A stretch of DNA of 64,000 nt, taken from contig JBOGEV010000039.1 in NCBI GenBank assembly GCA_050742015.1, forward strand, positions 660-64,659, given 5' to 3'. This DNA comes from Acidimicrobiia bacterium (GTDB lineage: Bacteria > Actinomycetota > Acidimicrobiia > Spongiisociales > ZC4RG35). Both the position numbers and the translations under genes were made by a program. Below the pieces are notes generated by a model that worked only from the letters and a program-made list of their open reading frames with translations, did no database searches and was not told where the DNA came from. This document shows, in pieces, positions 63,517 through 64,000 of the stretch. Each line of letters starts with the position of its first letter. The first letter of the stretch is position 1.

Positions 63517-64000
63517 TCAGTCGACCAAACCTTCGAACTCGGGCAGCCCCAGGGCCAGGTTCAGGTTCTGGATCGCCTGGACCGCGGCGCCCTTGAGCAG
63601 GTTGTCCTCGGCTGCGATGACGACCGCGTTGAGTCCGTCGGCACTGACCTCGAACCCGCCAACGATGACACCGTGGTATCCCGCCCCATCCTTGAGCTCC
63701 GGGATCTCGTCGGTGATCTCGATCAGCGGCTCGTCGTCGTACTGGCCCACGAACCTGGCTCTGACCGCGTCACCATCCATCACGGCGGTCAGCGGAATGT
63801 GGACAGTGACCAGGAGCCCGCGAAAGGCAGGGTGGACGTGGGGGATGAACCGGACCGGAAGGCCGAGATGCCGGGCGGCCTCCCGCTCGTGGGTGTGCCC
63901 CACCAGCATGTAGGGCATGAGGTTGTCCCGGAGACGCTCCGGGTCGTTGCGCGGGCCCGGCGTCGAGCCGGCCCCTGAGTAGCCGGACACGCCGAACACC
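63517..64000 (-). CDS. argC: N-acetyl-gamma-glutamyl-phosphate reductase, C-terminal part (5' end outside window)
   Basis: ...GVSGYSGAG...DNLLKGAAVQAIQNLNLALGLPE matches the ArgC C-terminal domain. The ORF runs to the window edge. Confidence 0.85.
   Translation of the reverse strand, partial: VFGVSGYSGAGSTPGPRNDPERLRDNLMPYMLVGHTHEREAARHLGLPVRFIPHVHPAFRGLLVTVHIPLTAVMDGDAVRARFVGQYDDEPLIEITDEIPELKDGAGYHGVIVGGFEVSADGLNAVVIAAEDNLLKGAAVQAIQNLNLALGLPEFEGLVD

Overview
GC-rich, gene-dense chromosomal window with strong third-position GC bias and frequent GTG/TTG starts. Many 1-4 nt stop/start overlaps (ATGA, GTGA) suggest translational coupling. Gene content and order point to an Actinomycetota core chromosome: ddl...rpmB / recG-rsmD-coaD-yceD-rpmF-plsX-rnc, fpg-acyP-smc-ftsY, adnA-adnB, a CysA2-like rhodanese and etfBA. 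Assignment to a deep-branching, Acidimicrobiia-like lineage is inference only.

I support about 60 protein genes, including rpmF, which is too short for the ORF track. No rRNA, tRNA, CRISPR array, transposase or integrase is visible. Most long ORF-track entries antisense or out of frame to these genes are GC-driven artefacts.

The stand-out region is 24.77-26.97 kb, two unusually long non-coding gaps flanking a methyltransferase gene.
- Each gap carries a + strand orphan transcription unit with the same promoter layout: two CGCGAAAA boxes, a 17-nt gap, TTGnCG, a 17-nt spacer, then TACnTT.
- The two units also share a homologous terminator hairpin.
- The larger unit (about 365 nt, 26258-26623) is packed with GNRA- and UUCG-capped hairpins and ends in a T9 intrinsic terminator. 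I could not assign it to any RNA family I know.
- It abuts a three-unit tandem array built on the 30-nt core GCGGGGGGCGACCCCCCTGCACCCCCCGC. A second three-unit array of the same family lies at 63.22-63.49 kb, so this is a dispersed minisatellite/REP-like family.

Secondary items:
- an aceE / rhodanese-ThiF (domain order permuted relative to MoeZ) / JAMM operon with no ubiquitin-like carrier gene
- a CCAEP-tail radical SAM gene joined to an ABC-2 exporter
- a MurF-like ligase whose N-terminal domain is replaced by a 4-TM segment, coupled to ddl
- a long structured leader with an anti-SD element upstream of the rhodanese gene

The 40.6-53.9 kb stretch is ordinary conserved housekeeping synteny.
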